A stretch of 64,000 bases of DNA from positions 96,534,001 through 96,598,000 of the forward strand of contig OX597818.1 of the NCBI GenBank assembly GCA_951406725.2, read 5' to 3'. Origin of the DNA: Octopus vulgaris (lineage: Eukaryota). Every line of letters begins with the position of its first letter. Position 1 is the first letter of the stretch. The notes beneath the pieces were generated by a model. The model did no database searches, was not told where the DNA came from, and saw nothing but the letters and a program-made list of their open reading frames with translations. Both the position numbers and the translations under genes were made by a program. Of this stretch, positions 41,476-54,128 are shown piece by piece.

Positions 41476-41989
41476 ATGATTTTTGTTGAGGGTTGGGGGT
41501 TTTTACTGTTGTTGCTGGTGGTGGTTTTCGTTGTCTCCGTTATGGCTTGGCAGATGTTTTGCTGTCGCCTCTACCATTTATTATAAATATATGTGGTTGA
41601 TACAGCTGTTGTTGAGAGGTGCATTATGGCCTAAAGGATAAGAAATACATTTCCTAACCACGAGATCTCGGATTCAATCCCGCTGCATGACATCTTGGCC
41701 GTCCTTCATTTTAATAGCCTCAGGTCAACGCAATAACATGAGAGTGAAAGTGAGTAGACGGAAACTGTATAGAAGCCAGTCAGGTGGATTGTACTCATCA
41801 CAGCTCAGCATTATCACACACTGTCACGTTGATTCTGCCCGAGAATTACACTGAGAATATACATGTTTTTCGAATGCACGATAAATTATATGTTAATTCA
41901 GGGGCAGCTAATCGAACAACTGAGTCCTTATCGTCGAATGACGGGAATCCTCCACCACCATTACTATTGCAGTTGCTACTGTTGCTGTT

Positions 41990-42323
41990 GAGCGAAGCGG
42001 TCTTCGTCCCAGTGGGAGAAGCCCGGAACGTGGTACTTTACTATTCGTAAGACCCGTAGAAGAGAAAGCAGGTCAACCCCCAACACCGAGAGCATCAACG
42101 GATGGACGAATGCGCATCCAGGCCCAGCGGTTGTGTAGGAAATCGGGGACAAGAAACAGGAAGACAGAGTGAGAGAAAGTTGGAGCGAAAGAGTACAACA
42201 GGGGTCGCCACCACCCCCTGCCGGAGCCTCGTGGAGCTTTAGGTGTTTTCGCTCAATAAACACACACGACGCCCGGTCTGGGAATCGAAGCCGCGATCCT
42301 CCGACCACGAGTCCGCTGCCCTT
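41990..42323 (-). mobile_element. SINE family B variant with a different 3' segment
   Basis: Head in reverse complement at 42150-42323; the GC-rich 41990-42150 segment is not shared with the other B copies here. Confidence 0.7.
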
Positions 42324-43170
42324 CACTGTTGCTACAGTTATCGTTTGCTTGTAATTACTGTCACCTACCTTGATGTTGGCTTGACTATTTTTGTTGTTCC
42401 TAGTTTATGATGTTGCATTTGTTGACGTTGTTGTTCTTACTGCTAACGCCAATAGCTATATACACTTCTGTAGCTGTCACTCACGTTGTTGTTAATTTGT
42501 TATTGTTGTAAATATATTCAACCTTGCGAATGTTGCCACTGTTGCTAATTTTGCTACTGGTGTTGTTATTAGTGTTACACTTATCACCGCTGTCGCCACC
42601 ACAACCACTACCCTGATTCAATGTAGTTGTTGATTGTGATCGTGCTGTTGCTGGTGGTGGTGGTGGTGGTGGTGGTGGTGCGGTGGTGGTGGTGCGGTGG
42701 TGGTGGTGGTGTTGTGGTGGTGGTGGTGTGGTGGTGATGCAGTACTTTTATTATTGTCACTTTATTTATTTATTTATTGTTATTGCAGAAAAATCGAAAC
42801 TTTGTCAATTGATTAAGCTGATTAAGCGCGACCACAAAATATTCGTCTTAAAGCCGCGAGGCAATTTCTAATGCTTAAATGCATGTGTATATGTGAGTAT
42901 ACATACATACACACACACACATACATACATACATACATACATACGTACATACATACATACATACATACATACATACATACATACATACATACATACACAC
43001 ATGCATACATATGTATATATATATCTAAATATATATATATATATATATATATTGTTATATTTCGGAATGGTCATATTGCCAGTTTAGCCAATAAAAACAC
43101 ACGCACTATATATTTGGTGTTATTTTGCTTCAGTGATATTTATTTTTTACATTAATCTTAATCTTATTTC

Positions 43171-43215
43171 GGCCAAAGTTCTTTCGTCACACTCCTGTGA
43201 CCGCATCAGTGGTCC
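43171..43215 (-). ncRNA. Variant minimal hammerhead motif in the PLE pLTR (left arm)
   Basis: Exact reverse complement of 45629-45673. Confidence 0.55.
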
Positions 43216-43696
43216 TTTGTTTTCTTCTCACTTACTTGTGTCTCTCCTTACTAACCGTCAGCCATTTTGTATTTCTATTGTATGTCTTCATTTGCGCATG
43301 TTTATATCTCTATGTGCGTCTATGTTTATTTAGTGTGTGTGTGGGGGGAATGCCTGTAATATTTGTATCTTCTGGTTATATACATTCTTGTAATTTGTAT
43401 TTTGTTTTTGTTGTTGTTGCTTTTGTTCTAATTTTGTTCATGTGTTTACATCCACCCATTATTATCATTACATATGCTTGTATGTATGTATAACAACAAT
43501 ATTAGTAATAATAATAATAAATCTAATCGAAAAAAAAAAAAAAAAAAGAATATACATATACATATATATATATACATACATATACATATACATATACATA
43601 TATATACATATATACACACATATATACACATATAGATATTCATTTCTATTTCTTTAATTACCTGTGTATTTATTATGTTTGCAGGATCCACTATTG

Positions 43697-44470
43697 TCAT
43701 ATGTTGTGGTGTGCGCTATTGCTCCATTCTAGTTTTCTATTCAGGCTAGGTTTATTTTCTATTATATGTGTAGCTTCTGTAATTTGTCTAATTGTTGCAT
43801 CTGTTCTATGTGTGGACAATATCTTAATCTCTATGTTATTGATTGATCCCCCGTGTTCTTGTTCGGCGTGTTGGTACAGAATCGATGAGCTTTTACCTTC
43901 CTTGAGTTGTCTCCAATGTTCATTCACCCGCTCACCAATGCTTCTTGCAGTTTCCCCTACGTATGTTACTGTCTTGTTACTGCACCGTCCCTCTATACAT
44001 CTTATACTATAGACCACATTTCTGGCTTTACAGTTCGTTTGTGGGCTAAATCTACATACAGTGCAATAGTTATCCGTACAGAGAGTTCTACTAAAAGGAT
44101 AGCTTCTACCAATTATAGATCTGATAGGATTGCCTGGCTTTTCAACAACCTTAATTCTTAGTTTAAGTTTATCTAGGGTCCTTCTAAAGCGGTACGCTAG
44201 TTCACCTCCAGGGGTGGTGTCAACGAACATGACACTCTGGTATTTATGGCTATCATACCAAGAGTTGGCCTTCCCTATTTTCTTGTTTGTCCTTTCTATA
44301 GTGTTCCATGACTTGTTCCTATAGAGTGGGCAAATCCCATTCCTATCATTACATAATATATTATCAAATTTCTTCATGGCTCCTTTGTATACTCTGATCC
44401 TTTCTTTATGGCTGTAACCTGAGAACTGCATGCGGTGAATGAAATACTGTATGTGTCTCTTTAATTCTGT
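43697..44470 (-). CDS. PLE ORF C-terminus: RT thumb, Cys linker and GIY-YIG endonuclease (5'-truncated, frame intact)
   Basis: FSGYS..PLYR..W..WY..VMFVDTTPGGEL..VVEKPG; linker CTDNYCTVC..C; VVYSIRC..C..TYVGETARSIGERVNEH..H..EH..E..LN. The first about 21 aa of the listed ORF come from the junction. Confidence 0.88.
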   Translation of the reverse strand, partial: TELKRHIQYFIHRMQFSGYSHKERIRVYKGAMKKFDNILCNDRNGICPLYRNKSWNTIERTNKKIGKANSWYDSHKYQSVMFVDTTPGGELAYRFRRTLDKLKLRIKVVEKPGNPIRSIIGRSYPFSRTLCTDNYCTVCRFSPQTNCKARNVVYSIRCIEGRCSNKTVTYVGETARSIGERVNEHWRQLKEGKSSSILYQHAEQEHGGSINNIEIKILSTHRTDATIRQITEATHIIENKPSLNRKLEWSNSAHHNI

Positions 44471-44472
44471 AA

Positions 44473-45144
44473 TTTGATAATATATTATGTAATGATAGGA
44501 ATGGGATTTGCCCACTCTATAGGAACAAGTCATGGAACACTATAGAAAGGACAAACAAGAAAATAGGGAAGGCCAACTCTTGGTATGATAGCCATAAATA
44601 CCAGAGTGTCATGTTCGTTGACACCACCCCTGGAGGTGAACTAGCGTACCGCTTTAGAAGGACCCTAGATAAACTTAAACTAAGAATTAAGGTTGTTGAA
44701 AAGCCAGGCAATCCTATCAGATCTATAATTGGTAGAAGCTATCCTTTTAGTAGAACTCTCTGTACGGATAACTATTGCACTGTATGTAGATTTAGCCCAC
44801 AAACGAACTGTAAAGCCAGAAATGTGGTCTATAGTATAAGATGTATAGAGGGACGGTGCAGTAACAAGACAGTAACATACGTAGGGGAAACTGCAAGAAG
44901 CATTGGTGAGCGGGTGAATGAACATTGGAGACAACTCAAGGAAGGTAAAAGCTCATCGATTCTGTACCAACACGCCGAACAAGAACACGGGGGATCAATC
45001 AATAACATAGAGATTAAGATATTGTCCACACATAGAACAGATGCAACAATTAGACAAATTACAGAAGCTACACATATAATAGAAAATAAACCTAGCCTGA
45101 ATAGAAAACTAGAATGGAGCAATAGCGCACACCACAACATATGA
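44473..45144 (+). CDS. PLE ORF C-terminus: GIY-YIG endonuclease, second copy (5'-truncated, frame intact)
   Basis: Same protein as the minus-strand copy from FDNILCND to the stop. Confidence 0.88.
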   Translation, partial: FDNILCNDRNGICPLYRNKSWNTIERTNKKIGKANSWYDSHKYQSVMFVDTTPGGELAYRFRRTLDKLKLRIKVVEKPGNPIRSIIGRSYPFSRTLCTDNYCTVCRFSPQTNCKARNVVYSIRCIEGRCSNKTVTYVGETARSIGERVNEHWRQLKEGKSSSILYQHAEQEHGGSINNIEIKILSTHRTDATIRQITEATHIIENKPSLNRKLEWSNSAHHNI

Positions 45145-45628
45145 CAATAGTGGATCCTGCAAACATAATAAATACACAGGTAATTAAAGAAATAGAAATG
45201 AATATCTATATGTGTATATATGTGTGTATATATGTATATATATGTATATGTATATGTATATGTATGTATATATATATATGTATATGTATATTCTTTTTTT
45301 TTTTTTTTTTTTCGATTAGATTTATTATTATTATTACTAATATTGTTGTTATACATACATACAAGCATATGTAATGATAATAATGGGTGGATGTAAACAC
45401 ATGAACAAAATTAGAACAAAAGCAACAACAACAAAAACAAAATACAAATTACAAGAATGTATATAACCAGAAGATACAAATATTACAGGCATCCCCCCCA
45501 CACACACACACTAAATAAACATAGACGCACATAGAGATATAAGCATGCGCAAATGAAGACATACAATAGAAATACAAAATGGCTGACGGTTAGTAAGGAG
45601 AGACACAAGTAAGTGAGAAGAAAACAAA

Positions 45629-45673
45629 GGACCACTGATGCGGTCACAGGAGTGTGACGAAAGAACTTTGGCC
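45629..45673 (+). ncRNA. Variant minimal hammerhead motif in the PLE pLTR (right arm)
   Basis: GGACCA-CTGATGC-G-GTCACA(GGAG)TGTGAC-GAAA-GAAC-TT-TGGCC, about 485 nt downstream of the ORF stop. Confidence 0.55.
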
Positions 45674-45831
45674 GAAATAAGATTAAGATTAATGTAAAAA
45701 ATAAATATCACTGAAGCAAAATAACACCAAATATATAGTGCGTGTGTTTTTATTGGCTAAACTGGCAATATGACCATTCCGAAATATAACAATATATGTT
45801 TCAACACACGACTTCACATAAAAAATCTTGC

Positions 45832-45883
<52 letters not shown>

Positions 45884-45939
45884 CATACATGCATACATAT
45901 GTATATATATATATATACATACATACATGCAGACATATT

Positions 45940-45971
<32 letters not shown>

Positions 45972-46759
45972 CATACATACATACATGCATTCATATGTAT
46001 GTATATATATATATGTGTGTCTGTGTATGTATGCATACATACATAATGCATATATGCATGCACGCATACATACATGCATACATACATACATACATACATA
46101 CATACATACATACATACATACACACACACATACATAATGAACGCAGGGATGGCCAATTGAGCTAAGTTCGCTGCGCAGTCGAATGGTCCTAGATTCAATA
46201 CCATTAAGTGGAATTTTATACAAGTGTCTTTAATCATAGCCCCGACTTGACCAAAACCGTGTTGGCGAAGTTGCCACTTATATTATTGAGAAGAGAGATC
46301 TAGACAGTCCGCTTCTTGGACATTAGTTTTAAACCTGATGTCAGTCATAAATCTTTTTCTATATAAATGTTTTATATATTCATGAAAATGTGACTAATCA
46401 TAAATATAATTAGGGACTAGTAATTGGTATCAGTAAGAGGAACACGCATCTATTCTTATATAGAGATATCTTCGATAGCGCTGCACTCCATTACTGCGAA
46501 CCTGCAGTGAAATCTTATTCTATAAGGAGGAATCTTCTCTCTGATCGGAATTAAGGACGGTAAATTGACCTAGTTTAAACCTATCTCTGTTTAACTTATA
46601 TATCTCCAAGAATTCTGCATTTCCAAAGAAAGGTGTTTTTAGGAGGGAGTTATCTCATTTAAGAATATCCCGAGCGATTAAACTGCAGAGAACCAACCAC
46701 CAATGACTGCAAGAAAATTCACGTATATTCATCTCTTCAGTTTCTGTACCAAGAAATAT

Positions 46760-47090
46760 TTCCTCTCTGTCTCATTCACCTGAGATCTGGTAAAGCACCA
46801 CTCAGTATAAACATAGAGCATCCTTGGCAAGGCATTTCACTGCTCTCCCGGAGTGCACAGATGTTGTTTACGTCCTTGCGATAAATTTCACATATTGCAA
46901 TAGTCTTCTGTTCCTCTCATCAAGAAAACTGAACTATCATTTCGCTAACACAAACAAGATCACCTGTTAGTTAATTTTAAGTCATTGGCCCTTAACATCA
47001 TTCCAAATCCTTGACTTCATATAAAATCATGCTGTATCCCTTAACAGCGAACCTAATCTGTCATGTTATACCAACCAAAGAGTCTCTCTA
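46760..47090 (+). pseudogene. Possible old PLE GIY-YIG C-terminal remnant
   Basis: RASLARHFTALPEC and AVSLNSEPNL resemble SAIAxHL..PxC and LEAxxIxxxxPxL; very decayed. Confidence 0.3.
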
Positions 47091-47781
47091 CTAGCTAATT
47101 GCAAATAATATTAACTCTACTAACTAATTGCAAATAATATTAACTGCTAATATTATTCCACAAACAAACCTGAAATTTTCAGTTACCCTGGCATTTCTAA
47201 CCAAACCAAAGAGACCGCTCGTACCCATCGAGCCATAGTTGCATCCAATTCAACTGTAGATTACAGCCATCGAGATACTTATTTTATCCATGTGATCTGA
47301 ATCAACAAATGGATATTGAATGAAATTTAATATCCAATGACAATCAGCCGTATTTAGAAATTGCAGACATCCTATTACTGAGAATTAAGCATCCAAACGA
47401 TGTGAATATGCTTTTTCCTTCTGTGAAACCTCATGTAATGCAAACCTGAGTCAAGCTATAAATACAAGTGTGTGTCCTTATGTATATATGCACGTATAAT
47501 GGAATGATAAAAGAAAAGTAATTAACAAAAATTGTTTTACGCCTACAGTCTGTCTCTGATAAATTTCCTCTGTATCTCCAAATCAGTTGCCAAACAGCAG
47601 GCATTCGGCAAGATAATTTTAGGTACTTATTAGAGCTGATACAAAAATTGAACATAACAGTTTGGTGTATCTTTAATTGTCTAAAATGACTCTTCCATCT
47701 CAGGTCATTTCATTTGCTAAACAAGTACGAAATAAATACTCATATCTACTAATATATATATATACACTACTACTAATATTA

Positions 47782-47924
<143 letters not shown>

Positions 47925-48047
47925 AATAATTACATATATACATGTACATATGTGTGTGTATATATATATATAGATAGATACATACATACATACATACATA
48001 CATACATACATACATACATACATACATACATAGATTGACAGATAGAA

Positions 48048-48108
<61 letters not shown>

Positions 48109-48719
48109 GCGGTACAGACACGCATATATATATATATATATATATATACATACATGTTTTAGAAGAGATTAACTGAATATGTCTGTGTTGCCGTGTGTTA
48201 ATAATTATAATAATTATATCCATGAGCGTATGCATATGTTGTTACGAGTGCGTATGTTATAGTGTTACCTTACAAATAGCACATCAACCAAGAATTTAAT
48301 TAAGATCTTTTACTAATGTCGCCCAGAGCATCTCCACCTAGAATACGTCTGCATTGGAGCAACGATGTTTACCTATTGGTCAAGGAGCTGCAGGCTGAAG
48401 TGCAAATATAATTAGCAATACTTGTAGATCAATTGAAAAGGCAAAGAGGTCATAGTGTGAAGGAGAGGCGTATTTGTGAGATAGCTAGAAAGACAATTGG
48501 AAGTGCAACGTTATGGAAATTACGATATACATATATTCACGTTTACAATATACATGCAAACACGCATACACACACACACATACATACATATATACATGCA
48601 TGCATAGTTATGTACGTACGTATGTACCCATGTGTATATACATATATATAAGGAGTAAATATTCAAAGGAATATTCATATAGATATTTAGTTGATGATTT
48701 AGCTCCTTTCTTGTGTGCC

Positions 48720-48773
<54 letters not shown>

Positions 48774-48845
48774 ATTAATTAATATAAATTGATATAAATA
48801 AATATATAATAAATAAATTAATATAAATTAATATAAATAAATATA

Positions 48846-48934
<89 letters not shown>

Positions 48935-49314
48935 ATGTTTGTGTGTGTATGTATGTATGTGCAAATGCATGTATCAGTACATGTATGTACGTAAAATGGC
49001 GATACCTTTAACAATACAAAGAGAAAAGAGACAGTTAGACAGACGGACGAGAGAGCCTGAGAGACACAGCGAGAAGAGAATGTATGTGTGTGTGTGTGTT
49101 AGAAAGTGAAAGAAGAATAAGAGTAAGAGAAAGAAAGCGAGAAAAAAGAGAGCTAATTTGTCAGAGAGGCGATTAAAGGCGGTCCTAGAAGAATAGTTAG
49201 AAAGACGGTCAGGAGAAAGGCATAGCAATATACATAGACAGTCAGACAGACAGACAGACAGACAGACAGAGAAACAGGGAGACAGACAGACACACAGACA
49301 AGCAGACAGACAAT

Positions 49315-49397
<83 letters not shown>

Positions 49398-49439
49398 ACA
49401 GCTGGTAATTTGCAATAAAAAAAATCATATCTGAAGAGT

Positions 49440-49818
49440 TTTACTGAAAGAATTTTTAATCGACTGAATCGACACCAGTACTTACCTTTTACAGCCTGGT
49501 AAATTTACAGAGACGTAAACACGCCACCACCGGTTGTCAAGCGGTAGCGGTGGGACAAACACAGACAGAAAGACACACATAAGCGCACACACGCACGCAT
49601 ACACACACGCACACACACACAAACACACACACACACACACACACAAACACACATTACTATATACGACAGCTTCTTTCAGTTTTCGTCTACCGAATCCACT
49701 CACAAGACTTTGTCAACTCGGAGCTATAGTAGAAGACATTGCTCAAGGTGCCACGCAGCGGGACTGAAGTCAGAACCATGTGGTTGAGAAGCAAGCTTCT
49801 TACCACACAGCCACGCCT
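49440..49818 (-). mobile_element. SINE family C
   Basis: Reverse complement of the aggcgtggctgtgtggtaagaagcttgct head and CORE-like ggcaccttgagcaa. Confidence 0.85.
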
Positions 49819-49825
49819 ATATATG

Positions 49826-49957
<132 letters not shown>

Positions 49958-50503
49958 TAGATATAGATATACACACACACATATACATATATATATGCAC
50001 ACAGTGTGTGCATGTCTGTGTACTTGCGGGTGCGCTCATGCACGTGCATGTGTCAATATACATATATAACATGTTTTTGTCGTTCCTCTGGATCTGTTAT
50101 GTCTATTTTGCTTTCATGAAGAACAAATAATTATGAACAACAATGAATTAAGTATTTATGACTAAGATATTTCTTCCACTAATGATTGCCTATGTAATGC
50201 ATAAACCTTTGAAGACTCTAAATCTGGAGTCACACAATCATATTTATTTTACTGACTGTGGGTTATATTGTTTCCAATATAACTAGATGTTTAACTGAAT
50301 TGTCATAATACTTTCTTTCTTCACAGCACCTCGAATATATGGTAACGTCAACTTTGATACAGGAATTAAAATAGTAATATTTATATAGTATTTAACTTAA
50401 TATGTAAATATACCTAATGGCGGCGAGATGGCAGAATCGTTAGTATTTCACGTCCTGTAAGTCTTTAAATTTGTATGACGTCATATAATTTTGACGTCAA
50501 CAA

Positions 50504-50575
<72 letters not shown>

Positions 50576-50737
50576 AATCTATCTATCTCTCCTTCTATAT
50601 ACACACACATACGCACACACACATATATGTATATACAAACATACGTGTGTGTGTGTGTGTGCGTTAATACTCGGTAAATATTAAGTAAATATTAAACTTA
50701 TATGATCTGAGCATAATATCTTCACAGGAGGGAAATA

Positions 50738-50791
50738 CCTTTTGATGTTTTATACGTGTTTATTGGGTATTAATTGAAACAGCTGTAAGGG
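50738..50791 (+). ncRNA. Degenerate minimal hammerhead motif
   Basis: CCTT-TTGATGT-..-GAAA-CAGCTG-TA-AGGG; same palindromic stem III as 34909, core mutated. Confidence 0.35.
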
Positions 50792-50848
50792 ATTAATTTG
50801 CTGTTAATAATACACAATTATTAACTTCCCACTCTTCAATTTCTTTTT

Positions 50849-50881
<33 letters not shown>

Positions 50882-50883
<2 letters not shown>

Positions 50884-51288
50884 GCCCATGAGTTGTGTGG
50901 TAAGTAGCTTGCTTACTAACCATATGGCTCCGGGTTCAGTTCCACTGCGTGGCACCTTGGGCAAGTGTTTTCTACTATAGCCTTGGGCCTACCAAAGCCT
51001 TGTGAGAAGATTTGATAGACGGAAACGGAAAGAAGCCCGTCGTTTATATATATATATATGCATATGTATATGTATATGTTTGTGCGTCCGTGTTTGTCCT
51101 CCCAACATCGCTTGACAACCGATGCTGGTTTGTTTGCGTCCCCGCCACTTAGCGGTTCGGCAAAAGAGGCCGATAGAATAAGTACTACGCTTACAAATAA
51201 TAAATCCTGGGATCGATTTGCTCGACTAAAGGCTGTGCTCCAGCATGGTCGCAGTCAAATGATTGAAACAAATAAAAGAATGAAAGAA
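50882..51288 (+). mobile_element. SINE family C
   Basis: tgtgtggtaagtagcttgc..gggttcagttccactgcgtggcaccttgggcaagtg. Confidence 0.88.
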
Positions 51289-51971
51289 TATATATATAAT
51301 ACACACACACATATATACAGATATTTGTATTTGTACAAATTCGTATGACGTTTATGACTTCAACAATATATGTAAGTATGTATGTATGTACGTACGTATG
51401 TATGTATGTATGTATGTATGTATGTATGTATGTATGTATGTATGTATGTATGTATGTATGTATGTATGTATGTATGTATGTATGTATGTATGTATAAATA
51501 TATATATATATATATATGTGTGTGTTTAAGTATATATAAATTCTTACGACGTTTATGATATCAACAACATTTTTGTGTACGTATTATATAAAGATGAATG
51601 AGTGTGTGTCTGTATGAATGTACATGTATGTATATGTATGTATGTACGTATGTATGTGTTTATTCGTAGATGCGTACATCACAAAAGGATCAAGATTCTT
51701 CCTGATCCATAGACTCATTAGGTCATGTGTCATGGATTTTGTGAAGTATATATTCCCACAACCGTGAACTGGACGCTACTTTATCTCAGGATTAATTATT
51801 CTTGCCAATTCAATGGTCTGGAGGAACGTGAAATGAAGTGTTTTGCTCAAGGATACAACACAAAGTATCGCATTGAACTGTCAAGAATGATTAATCCTGA
51901 GATACAGCCTTACAATAATGTGTGCAACACTCTTCTATGATAGTAATTATTTTACGGTATTATTCTCAACT

Positions 51972-52480
51972 TTAATTAATAATTATTCTTAACAATTGGA
52001 ATTTTTTCAAAACTTAGAGAATTTAATATGAAAATTTCGTCTACAAGCAGGATTAACCGAAATTCCGATACGTGTATTTATAGCTCATTTATTTCTTCAA
52101 TCGCCTCTTTCTTAATTAATAATTATTTCACGCAATTGACTAAATGCCAAATGGAATCGATGAAGTATCCAAATTCTCTCTTGAATGAAGATTAACCGAG
52201 ACACTGCTACTTGGGTTTATAGTTTATATGTTGCTTCCATGTATTGTTTCTTAATTGATAATTATTTTTAACAATTGGAATGTATAGGAAATTGGGACGA
52301 CTGAAATTCTGTCTAAAATAATGATTAGCCGAACTACCTTGAGTTGAATTTATAGTTTATACGTTCCTTCAACTGAAAATTATAAATTAATTTATAATTA
52401 GAAAATCGAGACAATTCTGCCTAAAAGACTGTTTAACCGATATATCGAAGTGTCTATTTTTAGTTCATATGTTATTCAGT
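51972..52480. repeat. Degenerate tandem repeat, about 139-140 bp x about 4
   Basis: Units start ttaatt(a/g)ataattatt at 51972, 52112 and 52251, sharing caattg, gatta(a/g)ccga and tttatag blocks. Confidence 0.7.
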
Positions 52481-52822
52481 TCATATGTTGTGCCCGGAGT
52501 ATCCGATTAATGGCCAAATCGCTAGTGATTGAACATGTAACCTCATCATTTCGCTCATTGGAAGATTAGGGCGTTCTCAGAAGCACTAAGAATAACAATT
52601 GTAGGCTCTCAACCTCTCTGATGTACTAAGACAAGAGTTCGTATTGGAATCTCTCTCCAGTCAGACAGGCTTCCAGACATCTTAGAATAAATATGCCGTG
52701 AATGCATAATGTTCGAAGACCAAGTAATGTCAAACTCCTACGTACTGAAGCAGGAGTTACGATTCAGTATAGGTACGGTAGGGAATGTTTCAAGACTTAC
52801 AGGAGAAAAACATGTCCACACC

Positions 52823-53288
52823 CGTCCCATTGCATGTCTAAACATAATCTGGAAACTACCGTCACATAGCATGCCTAAACATAATCTGGAAGATACTCAC
52901 TGGAATATGTGCGGCAAAGACATATACTTTTCTGGCACATGAAGAAATACTACCAAGAGAATAAAAAGGATGTAGGAAGAGTTCTCAGGGTACCAAGGAT
53001 CACCTGGTCATCGATAAAACAGTTTTGAGGCATTGTAAAAACATCATAGAAACATTTCTATGACTTGGATTGACTTTAAGAAGGCATATGATATGATGCC
53101 TCATTTTTGGATCGTTGAATGCCTGCAGATGTTTGGTGTGGCTGACAAATTTTCTGATGCATAGCATGAAAGAGTGGAAAACCAAATTGTCCTCAAGTAA
53201 TGTGTTCCTAGGAAAAGTTAATATTAAAAGGGGCATCTTCCAAGGTGACTAGTTTTCTCCGTTACTATTTGTAATTACACTAATATCC
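52823..53288 (+). pseudogene. R4/Dong-like (RLE-type) non-LTR reverse transcriptase remnant
   Basis: RPIACLNIIWKL, E*KGCRKSSQGTKDHLVIDK, WIDFKKAYDMMPHFWI and IKRGIFQGD*FSPLLF; ends in (TAA)n/(CAA)n. Confidence 0.88.
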
Positions 53289-53383
53289 ATAATAATAATA
53301 ACAACAACAACAACAACAACAACAACAAAAGCAACAACAGCAACAACAGCAACAACAGCAACAACAACAACAACAACAACAAC

Positions 53384-53416
<33 letters not shown>

Positions 53417-53419
53417 TAA

Positions 53420-53955
53420 ATGCTCTGATGCAGTATCAGACAGTGGTTTTTTGCGGATTCTGATCTTAACTGACTGGAAGTGTTATCATGTACATTGTTT
53501 TGTCTTGGTATAAAAGATGGGCTGCAGCAAATATTCTGCTCAATACCACAGATTTGCTTGTCAGTTGTTTGACCTTAACTAGTTGAGCAAGTCCCATAGT
53601 GGCTGACAATATGTGCATCTCTGATCACGAGCAGAAGTAGTGGAGGAGCAACATAGCCGTGTGTTGATAGGAATTCTTGGATGTTTGGATAATTCACTTT
53701 TGGAAACAAGGGTGGTTCGTTCAACATCCTTAAACAATCTTTATTCAGGGACCTTTTGAGCGGGATGGGCTACTCAACCAGAAGAAAATTCTAAGTGAGC
53801 CCCACCTGCAAGGTCATGCGCTGTTTATCTTGAAAAGATAAACCATATGTCGCGCACATATGGTTGTGTTGCATGTTCCTGGTGTACCATTATCAGATGG
53901 GTAGTCATGATGGGTATACTGGGCTTGGAAGGCAGGCGCTGGTCTCTCACTCAAT
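53420..53955 (+). mobile_element. Interspersed non-coding repeat associated with (TAA)n tracts, copy 2
   Basis: Homologous to 5620-6030; begins directly after (TAA)n and ends ctctcactcaataa. Confidence 0.75.
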
Positions 53956-53966
53956 AACGATTATAA

Positions 53967-54002
<36 letters not shown>

Positions 54003-54018
54003 GTGTGTCTGTGTGTGT

Positions 54019-54128
<110 letters not shown>

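Larger units (their letters stand above)
43046..45837. mobile_element. Head-to-head inverted pair of 5'-truncated Penelope-like retroelements (GIY-YIG, Naiad/Neptune-like linker) in (TA)n
   Basis: Arms 43046-44370 and 44471-45797 are near-identical reverse complements. The 100-bp spacer is extra RT coding sequence of the left copy. Both outer ends run into (TA)n. Confidence 0.93.

Noticed and set aside
44471-44533. N-terminus MTCSYRVGKSHSYHYIIYYQ of the 278-aa ORF as a real start
   Set aside because: It is the antisense of the right arm read across the inversion junction.
45142-45150. Selenocysteine read-through of the TGA stop of the PLE ORF
   Set aside because: The TGA lies after the end of the GIY-YIG domain, not at a conserved Cys, and a TAG follows two codons later.
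43701-45368. Antisense ORFs of 103, 179 and 84 aa over the PLE
   Set aside because: These are shadow frames of the GIY-YIG coding strand, duplicated by the inversion.
47088-47146. Two-copy 28-30 bp tandem duplications (also 60366-60422 and 17154-17210)
   Set aside because: Ordinary slippage duplications.
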